Source: Candidatus Saccharimonadota bacterium
GTDB taxonomy: Bacteria > Patescibacteriota > Saccharimonadia > Saccharimonadales > UBA4665
NCBI GenBank assembly: GCA_002952755.1
Contig: CP025011.1
Span: forward strand, 300,001-332,000
Direction of reading: 5' to 3'
DNA: 32,000 nucleotides
The notes under the pieces are model-generated. The model did not search any database and was not told where the DNA came from. It worked only from the letters and a program-made list of their open reading frames with translations. The position numbers and the translations under genes are program-made. Shown piece after piece: positions 1 to 8,932 of the stretch; the first letter of the stretch is position 1; every line of letters begins with the position of its first letter.

Positions 1-392
1 AAGAGCGCCTGGGCATCGGCATGTCGCAGTTTAGAATTCTCATGATGCTCAAAGCCAATCCAAATGTCCAGCAGCGCAAACTGGCAGAATATTTAGGTCA
101 GACAGAAGCTAGTATTAGCCGCCAAACGAAGCTACTCAGCGAAAAAGGTTTGCTACTTGTCCGGGTGAACCCTAAAAGCCGCCGTGAACACATCGCGCTG
201 CCGACGGCTAAGGGCCTGAAGATGACCGAAGCAGCGCTGGAGATACTCGAGCAATATCATACGCCATTGTTTGACTTGCTGAGCGACAAACAGCGCCAGC
301 AACTGGTTATTTCGATGAATACCTTGCACGAATCTATCTGCGCGCCCGGCAATCCATTTGCTTGCGACCGTCCATTTGATATAAAACCATAA
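1..392 (+). CDS. MarR-family transcriptional regulator (5' end cut by window edge)
   Basis: The frame of the 21..392 ORF stays open back to nt 3 (ERLGIG-MSQFRIL). The winged-HTH pattern QRKLAEYLGQTEASISRQTKLLSEKGLL..R..D.R is typical of MarR. The Met at 21 is probably internal. Confidence 0.7.
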   Translation, partial: ERLGIGMSQFRILMMLKANPNVQQRKLAEYLGQTEASISRQTKLLSEKGLLLVRVNPKSRREHIALPTAKGLKMTEAALEILEQYHTPLFDLLSDKQRQQLVISMNTLHESICAPGNPFACDRPFDIKP

Positions 393-416
393 TTTTGCCT
401 ACACCAAGGACTGACC

Positions 417-1325
417 TTGGAAGGGGAAGGGAGTGAGGTGAGCCAGGTTGTTGCTATTCAGGGTCAGCCCGGCTCATATCACGAGCAAGCAGCACGGCAG
501 TATTTTGGTGCCAAGTGCGAGTTGTTGTATGGGGATTCGTTTGAGGATGTATTTGCTAAAGTAAATGACGGCAGCGCTACCGGGGGCGTCGTGGCCATCG
601 AGAATTCGCTCTATGGGTCGATTGGCGCAGTGTATGATCTGTTGCGATCTTTCCCGGACATCACTATTACCGGTGAAACCTATCTACGCATTGACCACTG
701 CCTGATTGTATTACCTGGTGCGACGCTCGACGGCGTCCGACACGTGCATTCTCAGAAGGAGGCCCTGGGGCAATGCCTGCAGTTTTTACGTCAGCAACTG
801 CCAGAAGCAAGAATCGTTGCTGAAGCAGATACAGCTGCCAGTGTCGCATTGGTAAAACAAGCGGGCGACCCATCCATGGCGGCTATTGCGAGCAGTGCGG
901 CAGCCAAGCTGCATGGTCTTGAGATAGCTGTGCGGGGAGTTCAGGACAACCCTGAAAATTACACACGTTTTCTAATACTCAAGAAGAAAACGGTCGACCT
1001 GCATGACGAGACTGCTGACAAAACCTCGCTGCTCATAGAGCGCTTACGCAACGATTCCGATGATTCTCATCCTGGCGAGCTTGCCCATGTACTCAATTGT
1101 TTTGCGAGAGCAAACGTTACGCTCACCAAGATTGAGTCGCGCCCTATACATGGTGTCGCCTGGCGCTACTGGTTCTATATCGATTGCGCCGCCGGATTGC
1201 ATGATCCTAAGATGCAAGCCGCCCTGACACACTTGCAGCATCTTGGCACAAAGTGGAAAGTGCTGGGTACCTACTCCGCTTCTAACCTTCCGAGATCAGA
1301 TAAGGATGGGTCAGGCGCAAGGTAA
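417..1325 (+). CDS. pheA: Prephenate dehydratase
   Basis: VAIQGQPGSYHEQAA N-terminus, PDT domain, and a C-terminal ACT domain with the TKIESRP motif. The track start is TTG 417. GTG 438, preceded by GGGAAGGGAG, is an equally plausible start. Confidence 0.85.
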   Translation: MEGEGSEVSQVVAIQGQPGSYHEQAARQYFGAKCELLYGDSFEDVFAKVNDGSATGGVVAIENSLYGSIGAVYDLLRSFPDITITGETYLRIDHCLIVLPGATLDGVRHVHSQKEALGQCLQFLRQQLPEARIVAEADTAASVALVKQAGDPSMAAIASSAAAKLHGLEIAVRGVQDNPENYTRFLILKKKTVDLHDETADKTSLLIERLRNDSDDSHPGELAHVLNCFARANVTLTKIESRPIHGVAWRYWFYIDCAAGLHDPKMQAALTHLQHLGTKWKVLGTYSASNLPRSDKDGSGAR

Positions 1326-1353
1326 GGTATATACGAGGTGATATAGTAAGAGA

Positions 1354-1866
1354 ATGGCTGAGCAACAATCATTCTCAGAACCAGAAGAGCCCATCGATCT
1401 TCCTAAGAAAACGAAGACCCGGCGCTGGCCTGGCCGCACCGCACTCTTTTTGGCCGGTATGCTCACAACGGGAGTGCCTGCCGGTGTATACATCTGGCAA
1501 GACCTTTTGGGCAAGCCAGTTGCCGGTGCGGCTGCTGGCGAGATTGTGTGCCCAAATGGAGAAGCGGTAGTCGGTGCCTGGATCGAGCCGAACGATCATG
1601 CCGACCGCGGTTGGGCAACGCTTGCTACAGAGCCTGGACAAGTAAATAGAGCAACTTTTACAGCAAGTATTCCCCATTCTAGCGCATACAGCATTCACGT
1701 TGGCTGTGGCGGCACGCCCGAAAATTGGCAACATGACAACCCCAGCCCCAGTATCGCTATAGGTCCTATCCTAATGCAAGTCACTTGCGTCGATCATCTT
1801 GGCATAAAGAACGGTACATGTGCTATTGAAAATTTGATGCAGCCCGCAAGCGCCCCAACTACCTAG
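1354..1866 (+). CDS. Hypothetical membrane-anchored or secreted protein
   Basis: 170-aa ORF with a basic N-terminus followed by one hydrophobic helix (ALFLAGMLTTGVPAGVYIW). Several Cys lie in the predicted external part. No family recognised. Confidence 0.5.
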   Translation: MAEQQSFSEPEEPIDLPKKTKTRRWPGRTALFLAGMLTTGVPAGVYIWQDLLGKPVAGAAAGEIVCPNGEAVVGAWIEPNDHADRGWATLATEPGQVNRATFTASIPHSSAYSIHVGCGGTPENWQHDNPSPSIAIGPILMQVTCVDHLGIKNGTCAIENLMQPASAPTT

Positions 1867-1875
1867 GGGTATCTT

Positions 1876-2583
1876 ATGGATATTGGTATCTTAATGCATG
1901 TGTATAACGTTCAGGACCCTCATTGGGAGTACATCGCTTGGGGCGATCCCGAAACAAACCTGCTTGGCTGTTTGCCCAAACTTTGTGAGTTGCTTCTCAT
2001 GCAGCCCTCCGACATAACTACAAAACAGATCATCATTTTTAGCGGCCCCTCTACCAAGAACAACCTTAGTGAAGGGGCTTATACCAAGCAATTCCTTATG
2101 GACCATTTGGACGAATTAGCATTGTTTCCGTCTCTCAAACCTTTGCTGAAGAATAACCACGGAAAGCTTTCGTCCCTCAAAAGGCATGTCGAAAATATTA
2201 CGCTTGGGCAAGAACTCGTTAGAACTATGGATGAAATAGTTGCGGCTGCCCAGTTTTTCGACCAGTCGAGTGTTGAAGCGGTAGCGCAGATCGCATGCGC
2301 CAGCCACGCACCGCGCTGTATGCAGCAACAGGTTGTAGCTCGGTCACAAGGAACAATACCTCGGCGTCAGGTTTGGTCGGTAATCGCAAGCGATACATGT
2401 TTTCCAGGTTCCAAGCCAGAAGACACCATAGTCTTTGAAAAGCCACACCTAGACTATGATCCTATGGCTGGTTTCGTGCCGGATGCACCAGAAGTCCTAC
2501 GCGGCTATTTTAGTCTATCGCCTCAAGATAAACGCAAATTCCTTGTCGAGACCCAAGCCTTTATGGAAAATCACAGGATGTAG
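1876..2583 (+). CDS. Hypothetical protein, possibly DUF218/YdcF-like
   Basis: The pattern IIIFSGPS..SEGAYTKQFL...T.DEI....F......V.QI.CASHAPRC resembles the DUF218 layout (GG..SEA..yL ... nT.eN ... lVTs.fHm.Ra). This is a weak assignment made by eye. Confidence 0.35.
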   Translation: MDIGILMHVYNVQDPHWEYIAWGDPETNLLGCLPKLCELLLMQPSDITTKQIIIFSGPSTKNNLSEGAYTKQFLMDHLDELALFPSLKPLLKNNHGKLSSLKRHVENITLGQELVRTMDEIVAAAQFFDQSSVEAVAQIACASHAPRCMQQQVVARSQGTIPRRQVWSVIASDTCFPGSKPEDTIVFEKPHLDYDPMAGFVPDAPEVLRGYFSLSPQDKRKFLVETQAFMENHRM

Positions 2584-2740
2584 CAGCTTACTCTCTGCTT
2601 TTAGGAGTCCCGCACTTCGAGCTAGTCTGGGCTGCGCAAGACCGCTTAACTACCAATGGATCAATTCACATAAAAAATGCCAGTCCTCTGGAGGGTGGGA
2701 AATATAGGTACAAGCCCAATTCCTCAAACCATAACAGATA

Positions 2741-2749
2741 TGCTATAAT
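2741..2749 (+). promoter_or_regulatory. Extended -10 promoter (TGCTATAAT) for ssrA
   Basis: TGCTATAAT lies 27 nt upstream of the mature tmRNA 5' end. This would give a short leader to be removed by RNase P. Confidence 0.45.
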
Positions 2750-2775
2750 ATGCACGTCCATAAATGGACATATGT

Positions 2776-3165
2776 GGGGCTGAATTTTAAGCTCGACGTT
2801 GGACTTTATCGGTTAGATCAGCAGGTCGCTTGTCAGCGTATAGGCAAAACCTTTATAGATGCCAAATCTACAAAGAGTGTTGTTGCAGACTTGTTCGCTA
2901 AGAGCAAGCTCAGCTTCAACACACCAGCTTTTAGCTTAGTCTAATCGCCGTGCCTAGAGTGACGCCAGATAGCGCTAGCGCACGCCATATCATCTGGATG
3001 CTTGTGTGCAATGCCCGGTGCATGCACTAAGACCAGGGCTTTTGGAAGTCGACGTTTTGGTTGTTTTGCCGTTCGGCTTTCAAGATTTTTAAACAACCTA
3101 AACCTGTAGGATAGACTAATCAGATAAACTGACGGACCCGGTGGCAGTAACCGGCAGCTCCACCA
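2776..3165 (+). ncRNA. ssrA: tmRNA (transfer-messenger RNA)
   Basis: 5' GGGGCUG pairs with CAGCUCC followed by ACCA, giving a 7-bp acceptor stem with a G3:U70 wobble. The 5' segment GGGGCUGAAUUUUAAGCUCGACG resembles the canonical ssrA 5' end. The resume context is AUAGAU|GCC at 2855-2863. The tag frame 2861-2941 encodes AKSTKSVVADLFAKSKLSFNTPAFSLV, followed by TAA. The T-arm is CCGGU-GGCAGUA-ACCGG. Total length is 390 nt. Confidence 0.85.
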
Positions 3166-3177
3166 AGATTGTATCTT

Positions 3178-3201
3178 GGCGATTTGTAGTCGCCTTTTTT
3201 T
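3178..3201 (+). terminator. Rho-independent terminator of ssrA
   Basis: A GGCGA/TCGCC stem is followed by T7. It is preceded by a second hairpin CCAAGAT/ATCTTGG (3163-3179). Confidence 0.6.
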
Positions 3202-3281
3202 ATGGGATCGGTAGGTCTTAGGGGGTGTGCAAACGGGAAGCCTGTACTTATTGTAAAAAGATTGTATAATGCTGTCTACCT

Positions 3282-4004
3282 ATGAAAGATTTGGCTTGCT
3301 CACCCCCGGGGTTATATGGGGCGGAGCAAGTTGTTGAGACGCCGTACATAGAAGATATGGCTTTGCCGCAAGACTCCCAGCGGCCTGAGATCGAACCCGA
3401 GAGCAATGTAATTGCGCTTACCCCCGAGCATATCGGTGCTCTTTGCGCTCGAGATTGGGATGATTTTACGAATTACGCGATGCGTCGCTTGATGGGTAGC
3501 TATAAGATATCGCCTGAGGACCTTGTGGCTGGCGCGGTAGAAAGAGTATTGCAGCGTGTTATGCGTCCTGTGGATCCTAATCAAGCATATACACCGGTTT
3601 TCACATCGGAGGAAGATATGGGGCGAAAGTACATGTTCCGGTCTATTAATAACTGCTTGACCAGTATGGCGCGCCGCCGGTGGTTTACACTCGAGCAACC
3701 CGACTCCGGAATGTACAGTGTCTGGAATACCATGGCCGCGCCAGATAGCAACTTGACAGAGGTTCCTGAGCTTACAGAGTTAGTGAAGGGGTTGCGTAAT
3801 TCGGGACTTGATGCAGACATGCTTCAAGCGTTTGTCATGCATCACGCCTTTCAAATGGAGTATCGGGAAATCGCGGAGGAACAGGGTGTACCGCTGGGTA
3901 CGGTAAGATCAAGGATCTCGCGGGCGCTCAAGCACTGCAAACAGTTAGTTGCCGATGGCACGTTACAGCCGGGTGGATTTTTTGACACGCCAGACGTCCA
4001 GTAG
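3282..4004 (+). CDS. ECF-type sigma-70 family RNA polymerase sigma factor
   Basis: Region 2-like RRLMGSYKISPEDLVAGAVERVLQR and region 4 HTH EYREIAEEQGVPLGTVRSRISRALKHCK. The N-terminal extension is about 60 aa. The start is uncertain: TATAAT at 3265-3270 lies only 11 nt upstream of ATG 3282 and there is no SD. Confidence 0.75.
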   Translation: MKDLACSPPGLYGAEQVVETPYIEDMALPQDSQRPEIEPESNVIALTPEHIGALCARDWDDFTNYAMRRLMGSYKISPEDLVAGAVERVLQRVMRPVDPNQAYTPVFTSEEDMGRKYMFRSINNCLTSMARRRWFTLEQPDSGMYSVWNTMAAPDSNLTEVPELTELVKGLRNSGLDADMLQAFVMHHAFQMEYREIAEEQGVPLGTVRSRISRALKHCKQLVADGTLQPGGFFDTPDVQ

Positions 4005-4008
4005 ACGT

Positions 4009-4037
4009 TTGACTTTTCGTAGAGATAGTGCTAGTAT
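4009..4037 (+). promoter_or_regulatory. Sigma-70-type promoter (TTGACT-17 nt-TAGTAT) for the DEAD-box helicase
   Basis: TTGACT at 4009-4014, an exact 17-nt spacer, and TAGTAT at 4032-4037. This implies a 5' UTR of about 100 nt before ATG 4141. Confidence 0.4.
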
Positions 4038-4140
4038 TAAAGAGTTGATACGCTGAATCCAGTTGTAAGGCAGGTGATTACTTTTGGCTTCAATTTCGAC
4101 GCTTTAAGTAACTAACCAACCTACAAAGGATTCATTTTTT

Positions 4141-5355
4141 ATGCCTATAAATAATACTCGATATCGCAGATTTTCTGCATCTGGACCACGTGCCGCACAC
4201 TTTGGCGGCGGTCGTCCTCGTCGCTCTAGTGGCGGACGGGGAAATAACAAAACCTACATTAATCCGACTAAATTCGTACAAGAGGCTCGCCCCCGCGAAG
4301 AGGTCAAATACGAGCCGTTGCACCGCTTTGACGATTTCGCCGTAGCACCAGTGCTGCATGCAAACGTCAAGGCTAAGGGCTACGAGGTGCCTTCGCCCAT
4401 CCAGGATCAGACGGTCCCAGTTGGACTGGAAGGTAAGGATGTGATTGGCATCGCTAACACCGGTACCGGCAAAACGGCGGCTTTCTCGCTGCCGCTCCTC
4501 AATAAATTGATCACCGATGTCCATAGCAAGGCCCTCATCATGGCCCCAACGCGCGAACTTGCCGAACAAATCGAGCAGGAATGTCGTGCGCTTGGCAAGG
4601 GCGGCGGCTTTTTTGGCGCGCTGCTGATCGGCGGTAAGCCGATGGGTCCGCAATTGCGGGACTTACGCGCGCGGCCCCGTCTTATCATTGGCACGCCCGG
4701 ACGCATTAAAGACCACATGGAGCGCGGCACGCTGCGTCTCGATGATGTGAATCTGGTGGTTTTAGACGAGGTCGACCGTATGTTGGACATGGGCTTCATT
4801 AACGACATCCGGACGATTTTGAGCAATCTGCCGCCTAGCCGCCAGTCATTCTTCTTTTCAGCTACAATGGACGCCAAAGTGAGCCAGCTTATTGGCACGT
4901 TCTCGAACGATCCGGTCACTATTTCGGTCAAAACCAGCGATACTAGTGAAAATGTCCATCAGGATGTCGTCACTTACCGATCTAAAGAAGATAAGATGGA
5001 AAAGCTTCACGATATTTTGATTCGCGGCGACGTCGAAAAGATCATCATTTTTGACGAAACGCAGCGTAGTGTAGAGCGCCTGAGCAACGACCTCATTACC
5101 CGCGGTTTTATGGCTGACGCCATCCACGGTGGCAAGAGCCAGGGGCAGCGCCAACGCGCCCTTCGCCGTTTTAAGACCAATGAGGTCAATATTCTGGTAG
5201 CGACCGATGTGGCCGCCCGCGGCATTGATGTCGTTGATATTACGCACGTCATCAATTACTCCACACCGAACAACTACGAAGATTATACCCACCGTATCGG
5301 TCGTACTGGTCGGGCGGGCAAGGTTGGCCACGCTTTGACCTTCATCAGTCAATAG
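4141..5355 (+). CDS. DEAD-box ATP-dependent RNA helicase (RhlE/CshA-like)
   Basis: Q motif (F..F...PSPIQ), Walker A (TGTGKTAAF), Walker B as the variant DEVD (VLDEVDRMLDMGF), SAT, and HRIGRTGRAG. The N-terminal extension is rich in Arg and Gly. Confidence 0.9.
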   Translation: MPINNTRYRRFSASGPRAAHFGGGRPRRSSGGRGNNKTYINPTKFVQEARPREEVKYEPLHRFDDFAVAPVLHANVKAKGYEVPSPIQDQTVPVGLEGKDVIGIANTGTGKTAAFSLPLLNKLITDVHSKALIMAPTRELAEQIEQECRALGKGGGFFGALLIGGKPMGPQLRDLRARPRLIIGTPGRIKDHMERGTLRLDDVNLVVLDEVDRMLDMGFINDIRTILSNLPPSRQSFFFSATMDAKVSQLIGTFSNDPVTISVKTSDTSENVHQDVVTYRSKEDKMEKLHDILIRGDVEKIIIFDETQRSVERLSNDLITRGFMADAIHGGKSQGQRQRALRRFKTNEVNILVATDVAARGIDVVDITHVINYSTPNNYEDYTHRIGRTGRAGKVGHALTFISQ

Positions 5356-5372
5356 ACTCTCGTCAACTGCTA

Positions 5373-5410
5373 GAAGCCCTTAGCCACCTCGATAAGGGCT
5401 TCTTTTATTT
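5373..5410 (+). terminator. Rho-independent terminator
   Basis: 10-bp stem GAAGCCCTTA/TAAGGGCTTC, a 10-nt loop, then TTTTATTT. Confidence 0.7.
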
Positions 5411-5585
5411 CGTCTTCAAATCTACACTATTCCTATGCCCATGCCGAACGCTGGCCTGACGTCCAAGCTGAAGCATCTTTGACACAAGCCGTTTGCACGT
5501 TTTATGGAATGAGTAATATCCAAGCTAGACTATTTTTGATACCCTATTCCCATAAGACGAGTTAAAAACAGAAGGTTGCTAATAC

Positions 5586-6920
5586 ATGACGCGCAGACAA
5601 TTTTTTACACTTCTAGCTACTATACTCGGCAGTGGCATTGTCATCCTCGATGGTACGGTCGTGAATTTGGCATTGCCTAGTATTGCCCGCAACCTACATG
5701 CGAGCTTTGCTGACCTGCAGTGGATCGTTGATGGGTATTTGCTGTCGCTCTCCGCATTGATGTTGCTCGGCGGCTCGCTTGGAGATGTGCTGGGGCGTAA
5801 GCGTATCTATACGATCGGCTTGGCCGGTTTTGGTATTGCGTCGCTAGTATGCGGCCTGGCGCCTACCAGTGCGTTTTTGATTGGTATGCGTGTGATACAG
5901 GGCGTGTTTGGCGCATTGCTTGTGCCGGGCGGCCTGGCAATTATCAATACTAATTTTGAGCCCGGGCAGCGCGGCAAAGTAATTGGGCAATGGTCGGCGT
6001 GGTCGGCGCTAGCCGCGGCAATCGGGCCACTGCTCGGCGGCGTTATTGTTGATGCTATCTCGTGGCGCTGGATATTCTTTATTAACGTCCCGCTGGTAGC
6101 AATTTGTTTTGTATTGGCGCAGGCAGGCGTGGTCGAAACGCGTGATACGGAGCCGCGCCGCCTTGATATTCCCGGTAGTTGGCTAACGGTTATTGGCCTC
6201 GGTGGCCTGACTTTTGGCCTCATCGAGGGGCCCGTGACACACTGGGGAGTGGTGGCGCTGCTATCTTTGGGAGTAGGTGTACTAGCCTTACTTGGCTTTA
6301 TTCTTGTCGAGGGCCGCAGGCAAGACCCCATGGTACAATTCAGTCTTTTCAGGTCGCGCAATTTTACTGGTTCCAACCTTATGACTTTTATGATGTATGG
6401 TGCGCTGAGCGGCTTTATCTTTGGGATGGTTATCTACCTGCAGACAACTATGGGGTACTCGGCGGTTAGGGCAGGCGCCAGCTTGTTGCCTGTTTCCATC
6501 CTGCTATTAACACTCTCTAGCCGATCCGCCGGTCTAGCCGCCAAGTACGGCACAAGGATATTCATGACCATCGGTCCGCTGGTGGTAGCTGGAGGCATGG
6601 CGTGTTTGTACCGGCTGCACCCAGGTATGTCGTATCTGTATGATATTTTTCCGGGCACCATCTTGTTTGGTGTAGGGATGGCTCTGTTTGTAGCGCCGTT
6701 AACGATTACGGTTATGAGTTCGGTCGACCAGAGCGATTCAGGCATTGCGTCTGGCATTAATAATGCGGTGAGCCGGGCCGCGGGGTTGATCGTGATTGCG
6801 CTCCTGGGCATCTTTGGCGTTGCACATACCTATCGGTTTACGATCCTGCTTTGTATGGGACTTACCTGCACCGCAGGCCTTCTTTCGTTTTTATTTATTC
6901 GCAATCCTGCACGCAAGTAG
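5586..6920 (+). CDS. MFS transporter (DHA2/EmrB-like drug:H+ antiporter type)
   Basis: Polytopic 444-aa protein. The N-terminal pattern LDGTVVNLALPSI...L..L.W...GYLL and the G..GD..GRKR loop are typical of the MFS DHA2 family. GAAGG SD. Confidence 0.8.
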   Translation: MTRRQFFTLLATILGSGIVILDGTVVNLALPSIARNLHASFADLQWIVDGYLLSLSALMLLGGSLGDVLGRKRIYTIGLAGFGIASLVCGLAPTSAFLIGMRVIQGVFGALLVPGGLAIINTNFEPGQRGKVIGQWSAWSALAAAIGPLLGGVIVDAISWRWIFFINVPLVAICFVLAQAGVVETRDTEPRRLDIPGSWLTVIGLGGLTFGLIEGPVTHWGVVALLSLGVGVLALLGFILVEGRRQDPMVQFSLFRSRNFTGSNLMTFMMYGALSGFIFGMVIYLQTTMGYSAVRAGASLLPVSILLLTLSSRSAGLAAKYGTRIFMTIGPLVVAGGMACLYRLHPGMSYLYDIFPGTILFGVGMALFVAPLTITVMSSVDQSDSGIASGINNAVSRAAGLIVIALLGIFGVAHTYRFTILLCMGLTCTAGLLSFLFIRNPARK

Positions 6921-6967
6921 TGCTTACGGCTATCTGTTATTATAGTTGGGTAATAGCGGGGTAGAGT

Positions 6968-7693
6968 ATGGCGAGCAAATGGCAATTTGATGAACTTAAA
7001 GCGATTGTATTCAATGGCACGCTCACGAAATCGCCAGAGCCAAGCCACACCGATCTGCTCATCGGCATCAGCAAGCAGATTATGGAAAAACACGGTGTGG
7101 AAGTAGAGGTTATTCGGACAATCGACCACGATATCGCCACTGGGGTCTGGCCAGATATGCGCGAGCATGGCTGGAAAGCAGACGAATGGCCTGAGCTGTA
7201 CAAAAAAGTGCAGGCGGCAGACATTCTCATCCTGGCTGGCCCTATTTGGCTTGGCGACAACAGCTCACAGACCAAGAAGATCATCGAGCGTTTATATGCC
7301 TGTTCCAGTCTCCTGAACGACGCCGGCCAGTATGCCTATTATGGCAAAGTCGGTGGTTGCTTGATTACCGGGAACGAAGATGGCATCAAGCACTGCGCTA
7401 TGAATGTGCTCTATAGTTTGCAGCACCTTGGCTACACTATCCCCCCGCAAGCCGACGCCGGCTGGGTTGGCGAGGCGGGTCCGGGCCCAAGTTATGGGGA
7501 TAGGCTCTCCGAGGGTGGCGTTGCAGGTATGGATAATGATTTTACCAATCGTAACACAACTTTCATGACCTGGAATTTAATGCATCTGGCCCAGATGCTT
7601 AAAAGTGCCGGCGGCCTTCCCGCGTACGGCAACCAGCGGGCAGCATGGGATGCTGGTTCGCGCTTCGATTTTCACAATCCGGAATACCGGTAG
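6968..7693 (+). CDS. Flavodoxin-like fold NAD(P)H-dependent FMN reductase family protein
   Basis: The patterns AIVFNGTLTKSP...ADILILAGPIWLG..SS..K..IER and GNEDG match the NADPH-dependent FMN reductase / multimeric flavodoxin pattern. Confidence 0.7.
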   Translation: MASKWQFDELKAIVFNGTLTKSPEPSHTDLLIGISKQIMEKHGVEVEVIRTIDHDIATGVWPDMREHGWKADEWPELYKKVQAADILILAGPIWLGDNSSQTKKIIERLYACSSLLNDAGQYAYYGKVGGCLITGNEDGIKHCAMNVLYSLQHLGYTIPPQADAGWVGEAGPGPSYGDRLSEGGVAGMDNDFTNRNTTFMTWNLMHLAQMLKSAGGLPAYGNQRAAWDAGSRFDFHNPEYR

Positions 7694-7780
7694 TATTAGC
7701 TGCGTTTTACGGTATACTTATCTACGTAAAAAGGCATCTTCCTAATGGGGGATGCCTTTAGGCTTGTAAAGAGGTACCCA

Positions 7781-8485
7781 ATGACTATTGCATATGGTGA
7801 TCGAATAAGGGACTATCCTATCTCGATCGTTGATGAAGGTTTCGAAATGGCGCTTGGTAAAGCGCACACTCCTACTGTTGTCGCAAGAGAGATGGCTACG
7901 CAGGGCAAGGGATTAGCTATCGCAGATGTGACTGCAGGCACCGGAAGAGCACTGTATGGTCTAGTGGATGCTGTGTTATCGACACGTCCAGGTGGTTCGG
8001 AACTTGATGTTTCGGCTGCCGGTATTAATTTTTATGATGATCGCGCTGGAAGCAGTGATCTGCACGTTCGTGAAGCTATGACTGCTCCAGGCGGTCGGTT
8101 TAGCTACCGGGCGGCCAGGCCTGAGGATTTGGCCCAACATAGCAATCGTTACCAATTGGTTTTAGCTCATGCAGCCATACATTATCCAGATGTTCCTTCG
8201 CAGATTTTAGGAGTGATGGCACGTATCGCGACTCCTTTGGGGCGTATTATGTGTGACTTTGACCATAGTTCTTTGACAGGGAGCGATAAGCAGTCTATGG
8301 ATGCGTTGCTCGAAACTTTGGTAGCCAAGAGATATAGCGTAATAGCTGGGAAGTACGAGATATCAATTTCCAGAGAACGGACTTGGATCCGTCACTGTTT
8401 TGACATTACCAAGCCTGCCTTGGAAGAAAGACCGTCCCTGGAGAGTCGTAAGCCGATAAGTTCGAATTACGGCTATGGCTACTAG
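7781..8485 (+). CDS. Hypothetical protein, class I methyltransferase-like fold (degenerate)
   Basis: Motif I-like IADVTAGTGRA, YQLVLAHAAIHY and ARIATPLGRIMC are spaced as in SAM methyltransferases. I chose ATG 7781 (AAGAGG SD) because the track start 7745 lies inside the hairpin at 7730-7759. Confidence 0.4.
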   Translation: MTIAYGDRIRDYPISIVDEGFEMALGKAHTPTVVAREMATQGKGLAIADVTAGTGRALYGLVDAVLSTRPGGSELDVSAAGINFYDDRAGSSDLHVREAMTAPGGRFSYRAARPEDLAQHSNRYQLVLAHAAIHYPDVPSQILGVMARIATPLGRIMCDFDHSSLTGSDKQSMDALLETLVAKRYSVIAGKYEISISRERTWIRHCFDITKPALEERPSLESRKPISSNYGYGY

Positions 8486-8551
8486 TTTGTAAGCAAGCAT
8501 CTTCCCTTTTACGCTTATCTTTTTTATACGTAAGCCGTACAATGCATATAT

Positions 8552-8920
8552 ATGACGGGTATGGATTTGGTTTTGATTGCAATTGGTATAACTGCCGGCG
8601 CTCTGAGTGGTTTGGTGGGTGTAGGCGGTGGTATTATCATCGTGCCGTCACTCGTTTTACTGGCCGGGTTTAGCCAGAAGCATGCCCAGGGCACGACGTT
8701 GGCAATGTTATGCATGCCTGTGGCGCTACTCGCGGCCCTTACCTATTATCGGGCGGGGTATGTCAATCTAAAGGCGGCGCTATGGATCGGTGCGGGGTTC
8801 CTGATTGGCGCCTTCGTCGGTTCGCACTACGCCATTAAAATGCCCGAACATACTGTGACGCGGGTATTCGGCGGCGTCCTACTGGTAGTTGCGGCAAAAC
8901 TCCTGGTGCTTGGGCATTAG
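8552..8920 (+). CDS. TauE/SafE (TSUP) family membrane protein, half-size
   Basis: GALSGLVGVGGGIIIVPSLVLL signature and four predicted TM helices. It is 122 aa, whereas typical family members are about 250 aa. TACAAT (8538-8543) lies 8 nt upstream of the ATG and there is no SD. Confidence 0.7.
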   Translation: MTGMDLVLIAIGITAGALSGLVGVGGGIIIVPSLVLLAGFSQKHAQGTTLAMLCMPVALLAALTYYRAGYVNLKAALWIGAGFLIGAFVGSHYAIKMPEHTVTRVFGGVLLVVAAKLLVLGH

Positions 8921-8932
8921 GTAGAGCTAGTC

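Noticed and set aside
2750-2944. 64-aa plus-strand ORF from the six-frame track
   Set aside because: It spans the tmRNA 5' domain and tag-coding frame. Its C-terminal 27 codons are the ssrA tag, and it has no SD. It is an artefact of the tmRNA gene.
4132-5352. Minus-strand ORFs of 164-174 aa antisense to the DEAD-box helicase (4132..4653, 4407..4931, 4858..5352, 5007..5255)
   Set aside because: The plus-strand frame carries all the helicase motifs. The antisense products are Arg/Ser-rich with no SD or motifs, which is typical of shadow ORFs.
5807-6811. Minus-strand and alternative-frame ORFs inside the MFS gene (5807..6376, 6179..6469, 6434..6811)
   Set aside because: These are shadow ORFs of a GC-rich membrane-protein gene and have no independent signals.
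8921-8932. Convergent TauE and secreted-protein genes separated by only 12 bp with no terminator
   Set aside because: Tight convergent spacing is unremarkable in compact genomes. There is nothing else of note in the 12 bp.
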